Assembly (NCBI GenBank): GCA_030428205.1
Contig: JAUIBK010000001.1
Location: 199,966-263,965, forward strand
Direction: 5' to 3'
Length of the DNA stretch: 64,000 nt
Origin: a bacterium
GTDB taxonomy: Bacteria; Bdellovibrionota_C; UBA2361; RFPC01
The position numbers and the translations under genes were made by a program. The notes beneath the pieces were generated by a model. That model was not told the DNA's origin. It saw nothing but the letters and a program-made list of their open reading frames with translations, and did not search any database. Each line of letters opens with the position of its first letter. Positions within the stretch are counted from its first letter, which is position 1. Shown one piece after another: positions 12,901 to 22,690 of the stretch.

Positions 12901-14068
12901 TTACGGTGCGCACCTTCGTGTTCCAGAAGGAAAAGAAGTTGAGTCTGGTGAGCTTCTCGCAGAATGGGATCCATTCACTATTCCTGTCCTCTCCGAAGTT
13001 GCTGGTCGTGTTGAGTGGCAAGACCTCAACGAGCAGACGATGGAAGAGCGTACCGATGAACGTACCGGGTTCTCCGAGCGTGAAATTATCCAAGCGAAAG
13101 ATAAGAGTAGTGATCTCAAGCCTCGTATCGTTATCTACGGTGAGAGTGGGGATACAAAAGTCTACAACCTCCCTGTTGGGGTACGACTTGTTGTTGAACA
13201 CAACGCCGATATCGATGCTGGTGATGTTATTGCTAAGCGAGAGCGTGCAACGACGAAGACAAAAGATATTACTGGTGGTCTCCCACGAGTAGTAGAACTC
13301 TTTGAAGCGCGTAAGCCAAAAGATCCGGCGTTTGTTGCTGATGTTGATGGAACGATTGATTTTGGTGAAGACTCACGTGGTAAGCGTCGTATGATTCTTA
13401 CACCTGAGTTCGGTGAGCCAATTGAGTACCTTGTTCCAAAAACAAAGCACATTGCAGTTCAAAAAGGCGACTCGGTACGAGCTGGAGAATCTCTCACAGA
13501 CGGATCGATTAGCCCGCACGATATCTTACGTATCGAAGGCCGCAAAGCTCTCTCTGCGTATCTTGTAAATGAAGTACAAGAGATCTACCGACTCCAAGGT
13601 GTACGAATCAACGATAAGCACATCGAAGTTATTGTTCGTCAGATGCTCCGTCGTGTAACGATCACTGAGTTCGGTGATTCAGACTTCTTGCCTGGTACCA
13701 ACGTGGATCGCTTTGAAGTGCTCCGTGAGAACCAGCGCATCATGAACGAAGGTGGAACGCCTGCAACGTATGCACCGCTTCTCCTTGGTATTACCAAAGC
13801 AGCTCTTTCAACTGACTCCTTTATCTCAGCAGCAAGCTTCCAAGAGACAACAAAAGTTCTCACCGAAGCTTCTATCTCTGGGTCTATTGATACCCTTCAA
13901 GGACTCAAAGAGAATGTGATCATGGGGCGTCTTATCCCTGCCGGTTCTGGTCTCATTGAGTACCAAGAGCGTGAGGTAAAACTCGAAGGGGAGGAAGAGG
14001 AAGAAGAAGTACAATCCGATTTCCGAATCGGCCAAACTTCTCTCGAGTCTCTTGCTGGGCTCTTGTAG
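9944..14068 (+). CDS. rpoC: DNA-directed RNA polymerase subunit beta'
   Basis: [12 protein letters not shown] catalytic motif, N-terminal Zn finger. Confidence 0.99.
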   Translation: MDDLFSLFEKPKNPVKFNALRIALASPEKIRSWSFGEVTKPETINYRTLKPERDGLFCAKIFGPIKDYECICGKYKRLRHRGVVCEKCGVEVIQSKVRRERIGHIELACPVAHIWFLKSLPSRIATILDITLRDLEKVLYFESYIVTDPGDAEDLSYGELLSEKEYRTAREEYGTEFEAGMGADTVLTMLKNIEVETLYDQLRVDILEATSEAKRKKYAKRLKVVSSFKNSDNRPEWMILSVVPVIPPDLRPLVPLDGGRFATSDLNDLYRRVINRNNRLKRLMELNAPDIIIRNEKRMLQESVDALFDNGRRGRTITGPNKRPLKSLSDMLKGKGGRFRQNLLGKRVDYSGRSVIVAGPSLRLHQCGLPKKMALELFKPFIYNKLEERGYVTTIKSAKKMVEKKKSVVWDILDEVIKEHPVLLNRAPTLHRLGIQAFEPLLVEGKAIQLHPLVCTAFNADFDGDQMAVHVPLSVEAQVEARVLMMSTNNILSPADGKPIIVPSQDIVLGLYYMTRERPFAKGEDRIMNGFEEVHLAWEAGEVDLQAKIKCRMDGELYETTVGRVLLYGLTPDDLPFSFFNKVMKKKEISALIDSCFRIAGNKATVLLADKLKDVGYRFATIAGISIGVKDMAIPDTKVTLLAEADDKVGEIDNQYQEGLITAGERYNKVIDIWSDVGDRISEDLMTNISTQEFTDGENTRRGASFNSIYIMADSGARGSQQQIRQLGGMRGLMAKPDGSIIEQPIKANLREGLSVLQYFVSTHGARKGLADTALKTANSGYLTRRLVDVSQDCIVTLNDCETTEGVEITALVEGGEEIEPLTNRILGRIAADDILDPITNEVLVRRNEEIDEDKCNIISESGLDSVIIRSPLTCESERGICVKCYGRDLARGHVVNVGEAVGVIAAQSIGEPGTQLTMRTFHIGGAASGRAEQSSLEARFPGKVKLEDARLAEKRDGSFVVMSRKAQLVIVDPSDNRERERHPIVYGAHLRVPEGKEVESGELLAEWDPFTIPVLSEVAGRVEWQDLNEQTMEERTDERTGFSEREIIQAKDKSSDLKPRIVIYGESGDTKVYNLPVGVRLVVEHNADIDAGDVIAKRERATTKTKDITGGLPRVVELFEARKPKDPAFVADVDGTIDFGEDSRGKRRMILTPEFGEPIEYLVPKTKHIAVQKGDSVRAGESLTDGSISPHDILRIEGRKALSAYLVNEVQEIYRLQGVRINDKHIEVIVRQMLRRVTITEFGDSDFLPGTNVDRFEVLRENQRIMNEGGTPATYAPLLLGITKAALSTDSFISAASFQETTKVLTEASISGSIDTLQGLKENVIMGRLIPAGSGLIEYQEREVKLEGEEEEEEVQSDFRIGQTSLESLAGLL

Positions 14069-14096
14069 AGCTCTTCTTTTTCAAGAGAGTTCTTCG

Positions 14097-14130
14097 AAAA
14101 GGGAGCGCCATTTGGCGCTCCCTTTTTTTT
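14097..14130 (+). terminator. Intrinsic terminator after rpoC
   Basis: AAAAGGGAGCGCCA-TT-TGGCGCTCCCTTTTTTTT. Confidence 0.9.
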
Positions 14131-14166
14131 GGGGCGGTAGCCTTGAGAAACCTCGCCTTTTCGTTA

Positions 14167-14254
14167 CCACTTACTTGAACTTTTTTCTCCGTGGCTAAGA
14201 TTGTAGAGTAAGGCTGAAGAATCATGCCACGGAGAAAAAAGTTCAAGTAAGTGG
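14167..14254. repeat. 29-bp perfect inverted repeat with 30-nt spacer (MITE-like)
   Basis: CCACTTACTTGAACTTTTTTCTCCGTGGC at 14167-14195 and its exact reverse complement at 14226-14254. Confidence 0.85.
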
Positions 14255-14385
14255 CTGTTCAACCCTATGACCTTCTGACTCCCCATGCCTTGAGCTCTAT
14301 AGAAATGTGTTGACATCTCATGCTGTGCATTCGATGGTTTTGCTATCCCTCTTGCTGTTCACCCAACTTCTCCTAAGGAGGATGC

Positions 14386-15219
14386 ATGATTCGTTTCACA
14401 TTTGGTTTGATATGTTCTGCTCTTCTTGCCTCGAATGCCCTTGCTCTTGTTCCTTCCGTAAGTGAAGTAACAGACAACAGAACCACAGGTCAGTTCTTCT
14501 CAGGGTTGAAGCTTAAAGTACAGCTTGTTGGTGATGAGATGAACGATGTTAAAGGCATCCGCTATATGCTCAAGACGGCCATTGATGACACAGGTCGTAA
14601 TCTTATTGATCCCGAAAAACAAACTGCTGAATTTAAACCTTACAACCAACAGAGCTGGCACCAAAAATACCTCGAACTCGAGCTCAAAAATCCATCTCGA
14701 AAAGCAGCCACCATTAAAGAGATAGCCGGTGAGATTGTGCTCTATATGCCATCAAAAGACCCAAACTCTAAAGTTGAATTCGCCAATGCGCTCTCTCTGA
14801 GTGGCAAACCTCTCAAGCATAATGGCTTACGTGCCGCTGAGGTTAAAATGACCATTTATGACAAAGCCGCCTACGACAAGAAAAAAGCTGATGAAAAGGC
14901 CAAGCAAGAGGCAGCAGCCAAAGGTACACAAGGCGGAATGCGACAGGCTTTTCAAAATATGTTCGGTGGTTTTATGAGCATGGGTGAGAATGATATTGCC
15001 TTTGAAATTGATGACCCAAAAGGTCGTATCGTGAATTACATGTTCGTCGATAGCGCTGGAAACGAGGTGAAACGGATGAGCTGGATAACCTCTGGGGATA
15101 TTCGGACGACTTCATTTCAATCACCGGTTCCAGTTGATGCTAAGTTTGTTGTAGAACTTGCTACACCTAAGAGTGTACTGAGCATTCCTCTTGCATTTAG
15201 CAACGTCGCTTTGCCATAG
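14386..15219 (+). CDS. Hypothetical secreted protein
   Basis: AAGGAGG RBS, Sec signal peptide ending ALA, 277-aa ORF; no family recognised. Confidence 0.85.
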   Translation: MIRFTFGLICSALLASNALALVPSVSEVTDNRTTGQFFSGLKLKVQLVGDEMNDVKGIRYMLKTAIDDTGRNLIDPEKQTAEFKPYNQQSWHQKYLELELKNPSRKAATIKEIAGEIVLYMPSKDPNSKVEFANALSLSGKPLKHNGLRAAEVKMTIYDKAAYDKKKADEKAKQEAAAKGTQGGMRQAFQNMFGGFMSMGENDIAFEIDDPKGRIVNYMFVDSAGNEVKRMSWITSGDIRTTSFQSPVPVDAKFVVELATPKSVLSIPLAFSNVALP

Positions 15220-15347
15220 TACACTTTCCATTTTAAGTTGCTGTAAGCCTTGGGGATTTTCTAGTCCTAACTATGAACAGAGCCGGACTTAAGGCCTGAT
15301 TTTTGCTATACTCCCAGGGACGTGTCTTTCCTTGGGAGCTAGTGCCA

Positions 15348-18300
15348 GTGCCTTTCCGCCTTCTTTTCACAGTTTTCTTTTTTCTGATTTCACACTCGGT
15401 AGCTGCTGAGCAGGTCGACTTTATCTTCAATGGAGATCTGAGCATAAATTGCCATGACGGCACACTCGCTTCCGAGGGGCAATCGTGTGCGAAAAGTGTT
15501 GTTCTGAGTTCTGACTGGAGCATGAGGATCCTCCGAGAAACTCATGCAACCTCTGAGCTTATGCTCTCAGGGAGTGGAGGATCTATTAATACCACTATCC
15601 CTGGATGGACTCCTCGGGATAGTTTCTCTGTGCCTGGAGATCGAATCCGATTAGAGATCTTTCAAAATGCAGGTGCAAGTGGAGATAGTTGCTTTTATCT
15701 CGGAGATGTTTGGGCACACCTTAGAGATCCTCATGACCCTGAGACGAGTTTCTGTCGTTTTTTAGTCTACAAAGACGTTGGTGAAGTCTGCCTTCCTCCT
15801 GGCGGAGTAGCTTCGCAAATGATCTTTGTGCCGCATATTCCTGATGGATGTGATGGGAATCTCTCTGCTTCTGCCACTGTTGAGAACGAATCGATCGAGG
15901 TCGGAGAGGAGCTCAGTACGAGAATTTCTCTCCTCACGAGCACCACAGGTGTTATCACTCGGGGGTGTTGGCCAGGGGTGTTGCACTATAAAGATCTAGC
16001 CTTAGGAAAGGCAGATATTGGCACTCCTCTCGATGAGACTACCTATGGGTATCCAAGCTCTATTACACCAGGTGGCTGCACTCCTGACTACCCATATGTC
16101 ATGAATCCTCATAGTGAACGACATGTCGAGTACGTTGGCCCTGTAAACAAGCCTGGAGTTGTTTCACTTATTCCTGAGGTTCCTTTCTATTCCGTCTTTG
16201 AAACTCCAGATGCTACTGGGCATATGGTTTTTAGTGATCTGAACACAACCGTGGTCACTGTTACAGGAGGCTTAAGGATTCAGGCATTAGCACCAGAGTC
16301 TATACCCGCTGATGGTGAGGTATTTGACATTCAAGTCTCTATCACAAATCAAGGTCAGAAGTCCGCAACATTACCAGAAGCTAACTGCTACGACTATGTG
16401 TATCAAGTTGCCTGTTCTCAGCCTGATCAGGAGTGTTCAAAAACTCAAGTTATTCTGCCGCTTTCAAATCAACCTACAATGGCGGAGGTAACTCTTGCTG
16501 GTGGTCAATCACACTCTTTCACCTGCTCTTACCTAGCTATATCTGAGGGAAGTGTCGACTTCTCGTTTGCAACGACTTGGGAACATCAAAGTGGTAACCC
16601 CGTTTTTACTGATTATTCCTGTGACTCCCATCCTCAAGGAGGAGCACGGTGTTTTGAGCCCACTTTTCAAACTGATAACCGCACAGTTGTTCGAGTCGGT
16701 ATAGGGCCTGGTGGTGAGTGTGGTGATGGGATTATCGATGAGTCTGAGCAGTGTGATGGTGGAGACTGTTGTACGGAGGAATGTACCTACAGAAAATCAG
16801 GTGAACTTTGTCAGGGCGAGAGTATTTGTGCAGAGTCAAATGTTTGTGATGGGCTCTCTGGAGAATGCCGCGGGGCAGATGAAGATCCTAGTATTGAATC
16901 GGTAGAGTTCTCCTTGCTTACTCCTTTAGGTTCGAGCCCAGTGGTGCTGAGTACTGGTTGGGAGTTTGGTGTGAACGCGACAGCTCAGTGTTCAAATGGA
17001 CTCACGAGAGATCTTTCGAGTTATGTAGAGTGGTCAGGAACTGGGACGTTTTCACCTTCGCAGGGAGTTCGCTCTCGTCCTTCGTTTTCGTCACCGGGAA
17101 TCAATTCTATTCGATTTGAGTATGCAGGAGCTTCGCTTTTTGCAGATGAAGTGTCTGTTACGACAAAGTCAGCAAGTGGTTTTGCCGCTGTCGGTGACGA
17201 GGCTTTTTGTCCAGCAGATAGTCATGGAGCCCCCACTGATCCACATGCTGTACAAGGCCCTATTCTTCGAGGAAGCACCTTAGTTACCCTAGGTGGGGCA
17301 CCTGCTGCGCGTATCGGAGATCCAGGAGAGCATGCTGCTTGCTCTGGGCCGAACTCCTTTGTTGTAGCTGCTGGAGATCCTGAGGTCTCAGTTCTTGGAA
17401 GAGCGTTAGCCAGACATGGAGACGCCACAAGCCACTGTGGCGGGAATGGTTCTATCATTTCACCAAAGCTCTCTCTTCCATCAACGTTATCTCTCCGATC
17501 TTCAGGAAGTGGGCAGGTCTCTGGGCGTGTTACTGGTCCAAACGGCGCACCACTTTATGGTATCGCGGTGTCTCTTTTTGATGGAACTGGCAATATTTAT
17601 ACAGCGTGGTCTGATGAGTTAGGCGACTATGTTATAGATAGCCTTCCCGCCGGGAGTTTTACACTTGAATGTAACGGTGCAACGGTGGGTTTACCTGGTA
17701 TCATGCTTAGAGATGGCGTAGGTCTACCCCCTAAGACTTTGAGTCTTGGTGAGGGAGCATCTCTTGTGGGACAAAACTGCACGCTTCCAACCGGAGGTGT
17801 TCTTGCTGGGGTTGTTACCGATACTGCCTTATCTCCGGTAAGTGGCGTTTGGGTCCACGCACGCCCTACGGATCCCACATTTGTGGGCTCGTCTGTACTC
17901 ACTTCCGCTGACGGCTCTTACTCTCTTTCTGGTCTTCTCGAGGGTACCTATCGAGTCTTCGTCTCTGGTAGTGAAGAAGGATTTGAAGACACCTATTATC
18001 CCAACTCAAGAAAGTGGGAACAAGCTCGTATCCTCTCCGTTAAAAATGGCCAAACACAAAAAGGATTAGCTATTCGACTTTCGCTTTTGAATCCTTACGA
18101 ATCTTGTTCTTCTACTTCGCTCATACTCCAAGAGATTCGCTTAGCTCAACTGTTTCGTGAGCAACACAGCTTGGTAACTAAAGCGTCACGTGTGTATAAG
18201 AAAGCTGCGCGTGGTATTGGAGAAAAATTTAAAAAGCGAATAAAGAAAGCAAAGAAGAAAGCAAATATATTGCTTGAAGATTCAAGTGCTGCACTCCAAG

Positions 18301-18563
18301 AACTCCCTCCTGTATCATATTCGGATTGTGGAGGAATTTCACCAGAATGCGTTTCAACTTCTAACGCGAGTGTAAAAAGCTCACTCCTGCTCTTCTCTCA
18401 ACGTCTCTTTCGCGAGACAAAGAAGCTTGTTGCTCGGGAAAAGAAACTTCGAGGGAGTAATACAAAGAGGGCCAAGAAAACGAGAAAGAAAGCACGAAAA
18501 TTTAAAAAAGAGTTATTCTCGCTTGTAGAGGCACTCCCGGGTCAAACCGTGAGCTGTAGTTGA
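15348..18563 (+). CDS. Large secreted multidomain protein: Cys-rich/disintegrin-like module, internal PAAR domain, carboxypeptidase-regulatory-like domains, duplicated Lys-rich C-terminal module
   Basis: Hydrophobic signal peptide after GTG at 15348 (GGAG upstream; ORF open from 15303). Motifs CGDGIIDESEQCDGGDCC, GGAPAARIGD/ALARHGD, GQVSGRVTGPNGAPLYG. Confidence 0.85.
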   Translation: MPFRLLFTVFFFLISHSVAAEQVDFIFNGDLSINCHDGTLASEGQSCAKSVVLSSDWSMRILRETHATSELMLSGSGGSINTTIPGWTPRDSFSVPGDRIRLEIFQNAGASGDSCFYLGDVWAHLRDPHDPETSFCRFLVYKDVGEVCLPPGGVASQMIFVPHIPDGCDGNLSASATVENESIEVGEELSTRISLLTSTTGVITRGCWPGVLHYKDLALGKADIGTPLDETTYGYPSSITPGGCTPDYPYVMNPHSERHVEYVGPVNKPGVVSLIPEVPFYSVFETPDATGHMVFSDLNTTVVTVTGGLRIQALAPESIPADGEVFDIQVSITNQGQKSATLPEANCYDYVYQVACSQPDQECSKTQVILPLSNQPTMAEVTLAGGQSHSFTCSYLAISEGSVDFSFATTWEHQSGNPVFTDYSCDSHPQGGARCFEPTFQTDNRTVVRVGIGPGGECGDGIIDESEQCDGGDCCTEECTYRKSGELCQGESICAESNVCDGLSGECRGADEDPSIESVEFSLLTPLGSSPVVLSTGWEFGVNATAQCSNGLTRDLSSYVEWSGTGTFSPSQGVRSRPSFSSPGINSIRFEYAGASLFADEVSVTTKSASGFAAVGDEAFCPADSHGAPTDPHAVQGPILRGSTLVTLGGAPAARIGDPGEHAACSGPNSFVVAAGDPEVSVLGRALARHGDATSHCGGNGSIISPKLSLPSTLSLRSSGSGQVSGRVTGPNGAPLYGIAVSLFDGTGNIYTAWSDELGDYVIDSLPAGSFTLECNGATVGLPGIMLRDGVGLPPKTLSLGEGASLVGQNCTLPTGGVLAGVVTDTALSPVSGVWVHARPTDPTFVGSSVLTSADGSYSLSGLLEGTYRVFVSGSEEGFEDTYYPNSRKWEQARILSVKNGQTQKGLAIRLSLLNPYESCSSTSLILQEIRLAQLFREQHSLVTKASRVYKKAARGIGEKFKKRIKKAKKKANILLEDSSAALQELPPVSYSDCGGISPECVSTSNASVKSSLLLFSQRLFRETKKLVAREKKLRGSNTKRAKKTRKKARKFKKELFSLVEALPGQTVSCS

Positions 18564-18864
18564 GATTCATTCTACTGTTCCTCGGTGAAGAGGGAGGGGG
18601 GAGTGGAACCAACCATTTGTAAGCTAGATTGCTGAAAACACTAGAAGTTTTGTTCTTTTGCCCATCTCGAGGGCGGTAGTGCTTTCTTCGAGTTGAAACC
18701 CCCTTGCCGTACTATGGAATATTTCTTCCTAACGGTATGTAAAAGTGTTGACTTTTGCTACTATCCAGCGACCGAAAGCTCCTCATTCTCATGGAAGTAG
18801 AGCTCAGCGTTAAATATCTTCGTTTTTTTAATTACGTAATACAAAACAACAATAGAGGTGTGTC

Positions 18865-20947
18865 TTGTCAGATATAACAGGGGACCTGCAAAGGTACAGA
18901 AACATCGGAATTTTTGCTCACGTTGATGCCGGAAAAACAACAACGACCGAGCGTATCCTTAACCTTACCGGAAAGATTCATAAGCTTGGTGAGGTACACG
19001 ACGGAGAAGCTACAACAGACTTTATGGATCAAGAGCGTGAGCGGGGGATTACCATCCAGTCTGCTGCTACTAGTTGTTCTTGGAACGATCACCGTCTCAA
19101 CATTATTGATACTCCCGGGCACGTGGACTTTACCATTGAGGTATACCGTAGTCTGAAAGTGCTTGATGGTGGTATTGGCGTTTTCTGTGGATCTGGTGGT
19201 GTTGAGCCACAATCGGAAACAAACTGGCGCTATGCAAACGACTCAAAAGTAGCCCGCCTTATTTTTGTAAATAAACTTGACCGAGTTGGGGCTGACTTCT
19301 TCCGAGTAGTGAATCAAGTCAAAGATGTCCTCGGTGCGAAGCCTCTTATTATGACGCTTCCTATCGGAGCAGAGAGTGAGTTTAGAGGTGTCGTGGATCT
19401 CATCACACGTAAAGCTTGGGTGTGGGACGAGTCAGGCGATCCTATGAAGTTTGAGATCCAAGATCCACCAGCAGACATGGCGGATCAGGTTGAGAAGTAC
19501 CGCGAAGAGATGATCGAAACAGCTCTTGAGCAAGATGAAGAAGCTATGGAAGCATACCTCGAAGGTACTGAGCCTAGCGAGGAGGTCATCAAGAATTGTA
19601 TTCGTAAGGGAACAATTGCTCTCGACTTTTTCCCAGCATTTTGTGGCTCAGCATTTAAGAACAAAGGGGTGCAACCTCTTCTTGATGCTGTTGTTGATTA
19701 CCTTCCGAACCCAACGGAAGTCCCACCACAACCTGAAATTGATCTTGAAGGACACCCAACAGGGGAGTTCGCTGTTGCGTGCTCTTGCCTTTAAGATCAT
19801 GGAAGACAGGTACGGAGCACTCACGTTCCTCCGCATTTACTCTGGAAAGCTTGAGAAAGGTACTACGGTTGTAAATACCTACACAGGCCGAAAAGAGCGA
19901 ATCGGTCGGATTGTTGAGATGCACGCGGATTCTCGAGAAGAGCTTAGCTCTGCAAAAGCAGGAGACATCGTTGCTGTACTCGGAATGAAAGAAGTTCAAA
20001 CTGGGCACACGCTTGCTGACCCTGATAACCCAGCAACGCTTGAGCCAATGGTTTTCCCTGATCCAGTTATCTCCATCGCGATTGATACGAAGGAGAAAGG
20101 AGACCGGGATAAGCTTGGAGTTGCACTCTCAAAGATGACTTCGGAAGATCCATCGTTTCGTGTTGAGACAGATGAGGAGACGGGAGAAACTATCCTCAAA
20201 GGGATGGGAGAGCTTCACCTTGATATTAAGATCGACATCATCAAACGCACCTACGGTATTGAGTGTGTCGCTGGTGCTCCTCAGGTTGCTTACCGTGAAA
20301 CAATCACGAAGCGAACAGAAGATAGCTACACACACAAGAAGCAAACGGGTGGATCTGGCCAGTTTGGTAAGATTGACTTCGTTATCGAGCCAAATGAGCC
20401 TGGTGAAGGATTTGAGTTTGTTTCTGAGATTAAAGGTGGAAACGTACCAAAAGAATTTTGGCCTGCTATTGAGAAAGGTTTCAAGCTTAGCCTTGAAGAA
20501 GGCGTGCTTGCAGGCTTTCAATGTATCGATGTGAAGATCACATTGGTCGATGGTGGATACCACGCGGTTGACTCCTCTGCCGTTGCTTTTGAGCTCTGTG
20601 CGAAAGGTGCTTACCGTCAGGTCATGCCAAAGGCTGGGCCTCAGATTCTTGAGCCGATCATGAAGGTCGACTGTTACGTTCCTGAAGATTACGTTGGTGA
20701 TACCATTGGAGACCTTAACCGTCGTCGCGGTATGATTAACTCTCAGGAAGTTGGTGCTACGGGTGCTCGCATCCAAGCGAACGTTCCTCTTTCAGAGATG
20801 TTTGGTTACATCGGTGATCTTCGAACAATGACTTCTGGTCGTGGTCAGTTCTCTATGGAATTCTTGAACTATCAGCCGTGCCCAACCACGGTGACTGAAG
20901 CGGTCATTAAAGAAGCTCAGGAGCGAAAAGAGGCTCGGAATAAATAA
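18865..20947 (+). pseudogene. fusA: Second elongation factor G paralog, frameshifted near 19775 (pseudogene or assembly error)
   Basis: 5' ORF has [21 protein letters not shown] and DTPGHVDF. The 3' part continues in another frame from [14 protein letters not shown] to the EF-G C-terminus. Confidence 0.85.
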
Positions 20948-20976
20948 TTCTTAGCTTTTTAGCGAAAAAGCTTCTT

Positions 20977-21014
20977 AAGGGCGTGTGATACTTTGGTGGT
21001 ATCATGCGCCTTTT
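20977..21014 (+). terminator. Probable intrinsic terminator after the fusA paralog
   Basis: AAGGGCGTGTGATAC...GTATCATGCGCCTTTT hairpin. Confidence 0.65.
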
Positions 21015-21033
21015 GCATATTTGGTACCTCAAC

Positions 21034-21265
21034 TATACCAGGCGCACTTCAAAACGCCCGGCATCTTGTGATGCATTATCCATCCTGGAGAGCATTTTGA
21101 AGTACGCCTGGTACGGCTGTATCTTCCCTCTCCGACTACGCTCTTCGAGCTTCGTCGTGACCTGAGCTCCTAAGGACCACGTCGTAGCCTTTGGCGAAGA
21201 CGGGCGGGGGATACTCCCCGCCGACGGTGCTTATTGAACCGGAAATTTCAAGTGCGGGGAGTATA
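21034..21265. mobile_element. Composite ATAC-N4-CGCA palindromic element with an inserted REP-like doublet
   Basis: IR 21036-21057/21092-21113. Linker CTTCCCTC|CGGGGG is split by an insert at 21131-21204. IR ATACTCCCCGC...GCGGGGAGTAT at 21211-21264. Confidence 0.7.
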
Positions 21266-21274
21266 ACTTTTCGC

Positions 21275-21343
21275 ATTAATCTTAGTATTAGCCTCCGCCT
21301 TAGCCTATATCTTGGTTTTGGTCTTATTATTGGTATCAGCCTA
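21275..21343. repeat. Half copy of the hexamer-periodic palindrome family
   Basis: CTATATCTTGGTTTTGGTCTTATTATTGGTATCAGCCT matches the right arms at 36756 and 42844. Confidence 0.75.
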
Positions 21344-21358
21344 CCTCTTCAAAAATGA

Positions 21359-21456
21359 AAACCACGGAGTTTCCGTAGTTCGCGGAGGACTTCACGGAGA
21401 AGTTTATAAATCCCCCTCCGTGAAACTCTCCGTGTTCGCCGTGCCCTCCGTGGTTT
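21359..21456. repeat. 9-bp-periodic palindrome (CACGGAG variant)
   Basis: AAACCACGGAG...CACGGAG / CTCCGTG...CTCCGTGGTTT. Confidence 0.8.
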
Positions 21457-21667
21457 ATCCATGAATAATGCGGGTTAAACCGAGACTTGGCCCATGGCCT
21501 CGCTTGGAGAAGAGCCTCCTCTGTCTCCTGTTAAATCGGGTCCCATAAGAGCAAATGGTTAGCTGTGGGCAACTTTTATAACCCATTGATAACTTTAGGC
21601 ATATCATGCGCAAGCCCTCCTGCTTGCCCCCTGCTTCAAATACTGTCAAGAATTTCTTTCCCTGAGT

Positions 21668-21697
21668 TTGACTCTACCCAAATAGACGTGCTATCAC
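21668..21697 (+). promoter_or_regulatory. Putative sigma70 promoter for the long rpsL leader
   Basis: TTGACT-N18-TATCAC with extended -10 TG. Confidence 0.45.
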
Positions 21698-21698
21698 A

Positions 21699-22055
21699 TG
21701 CATTCTCGACTGGCGGGAAACTGCTGGTTGGTGCCCCCTGCGCTTGGTGTAAGCCAGTGAAATAAGGGGTTCCTTCCGCGGTCTTCTGTATTTTTTGGAG
21801 CTCGCTGAGCTCGTTTTTTTTGTTTTTCTATGTGACCCGTTGCAAGTTCACATAGATAGGCCACCAATCAGGTGGAAACAAGAAACGAAACGGTTTAGCG
21901 GGGTATGAGTTGCCCATTAAAAGCGCTCCTGCCACAGAAACGGCAAGATGCAAGGCCTCTAACCTGGGGACGCAACATCTTGGCGGTTTTCCATCGAGGA
22001 CTTCCATAAGTGTTTTGGCACTCGCTTTTCATTGAAAGATGGTAAGTCGAGGGCA
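21699..22055 (+). ncRNA. Candidate large structured RNA or str-operon leader (unassigned)
   Basis: Ends pair (TTCTCGACT 21703-21711 with AGTCGAGGG 22045-22053); about ten nested stems, many G-U pairs, GAAA tetraloop; no long ORF. Confidence 0.55.
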
Positions 22056-22273
22056 AGCAGGATCAAAACCAGGGATTGTGAACATTTACATAGTGTTTCC
22101 GGACTAATCTCTTTTTATAGAGCGTGCTGTTTTCCGGTAATAGTTTTTTAACGATAGCGTTTCACGCTGATTCGTGAAGTTCGCTTGCACTCTTTTTTTT
22201 TGCAAGTAAATGAATCGACTCGGTGGGAAACATTTACTCGAAATGAACTGTAATCATTGAGGGATGAGGCGGG

Positions 22274-22645
22274 ATGCCAACAATTAACCAGCTTGTTCGC
22301 AAGCGACGACTCAAAAAGAACTCACGTACGAAGTGCCCCGCACTTCGAGGATGTCCTCAAAAGCGAGGTGTTTGTACTCGTGTGTACACATCAACCCCAA
22401 AGAAGCCGAACTCAGCACTGAGAAAAGTTGCTCGTGTTCGACTCACCACTGGAATGGAAGTAACAAGCTACATTCCAGGTGTTGGTCACAATCTTCAAGA
22501 GCACTCCGTTGTTCTTATTCGTGGTGGCCGGGTGAAAGACCTTCCGGGTGTTCGTTACCACATCATCCGTGGAAAGCTTGAGGCTCACGGTGTGGAAGGA
22601 CGTAAGCAGGGTCGTTCGAAGTACGGCACAAAACGTCCGAAGTAG
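22274..22645 (+). CDS. rpsL: 30S ribosomal protein S12
   Basis: [21 protein letters not shown]. Confidence 0.99.
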   Translation: MPTINQLVRKRRLKKNSRTKCPALRGCPQKRGVCTRVYTSTPKKPNSALRKVARVRLTTGMEVTSYIPGVGHNLQEHSVVLIRGGRVKDLPGVRYHIIRGKLEAHGVEGRKQGRSKYGTKRPK

Positions 22646-22690
22646 TCATAATCGAGTAGAAGAATTCTAGCGGAACTGGAGATTTAAATT

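Noticed and set aside
5564-13863. Long antisense or alternate-frame ORFs in rpoB/rpoC (e.g. 6277-7191, 10427-11353) and in ribosomal genes
   Set aside because: Shadow ORFs expected from codon bias; no recognisable motifs, and they lie fully within conserved genes
14386-18563. Type VI secretion or eCIS locus
   Set aside because: Only one PAAR domain; no vgrG, hcp, sheath or baseplate genes in the window
19760-19800. Programmed ribosomal frameshift in the EF-G paralog
   Set aside because: No slippery heptamer, and residues appear to be missing at the junction, which fits a deletion
21699-22055. RNase P RNA, tmRNA or group I/II intron
   Set aside because: No GAGGAAAGTCC core, no T-loop before TGGTGCCCCC on the minus strand, and no domain V or P7 motif recognised
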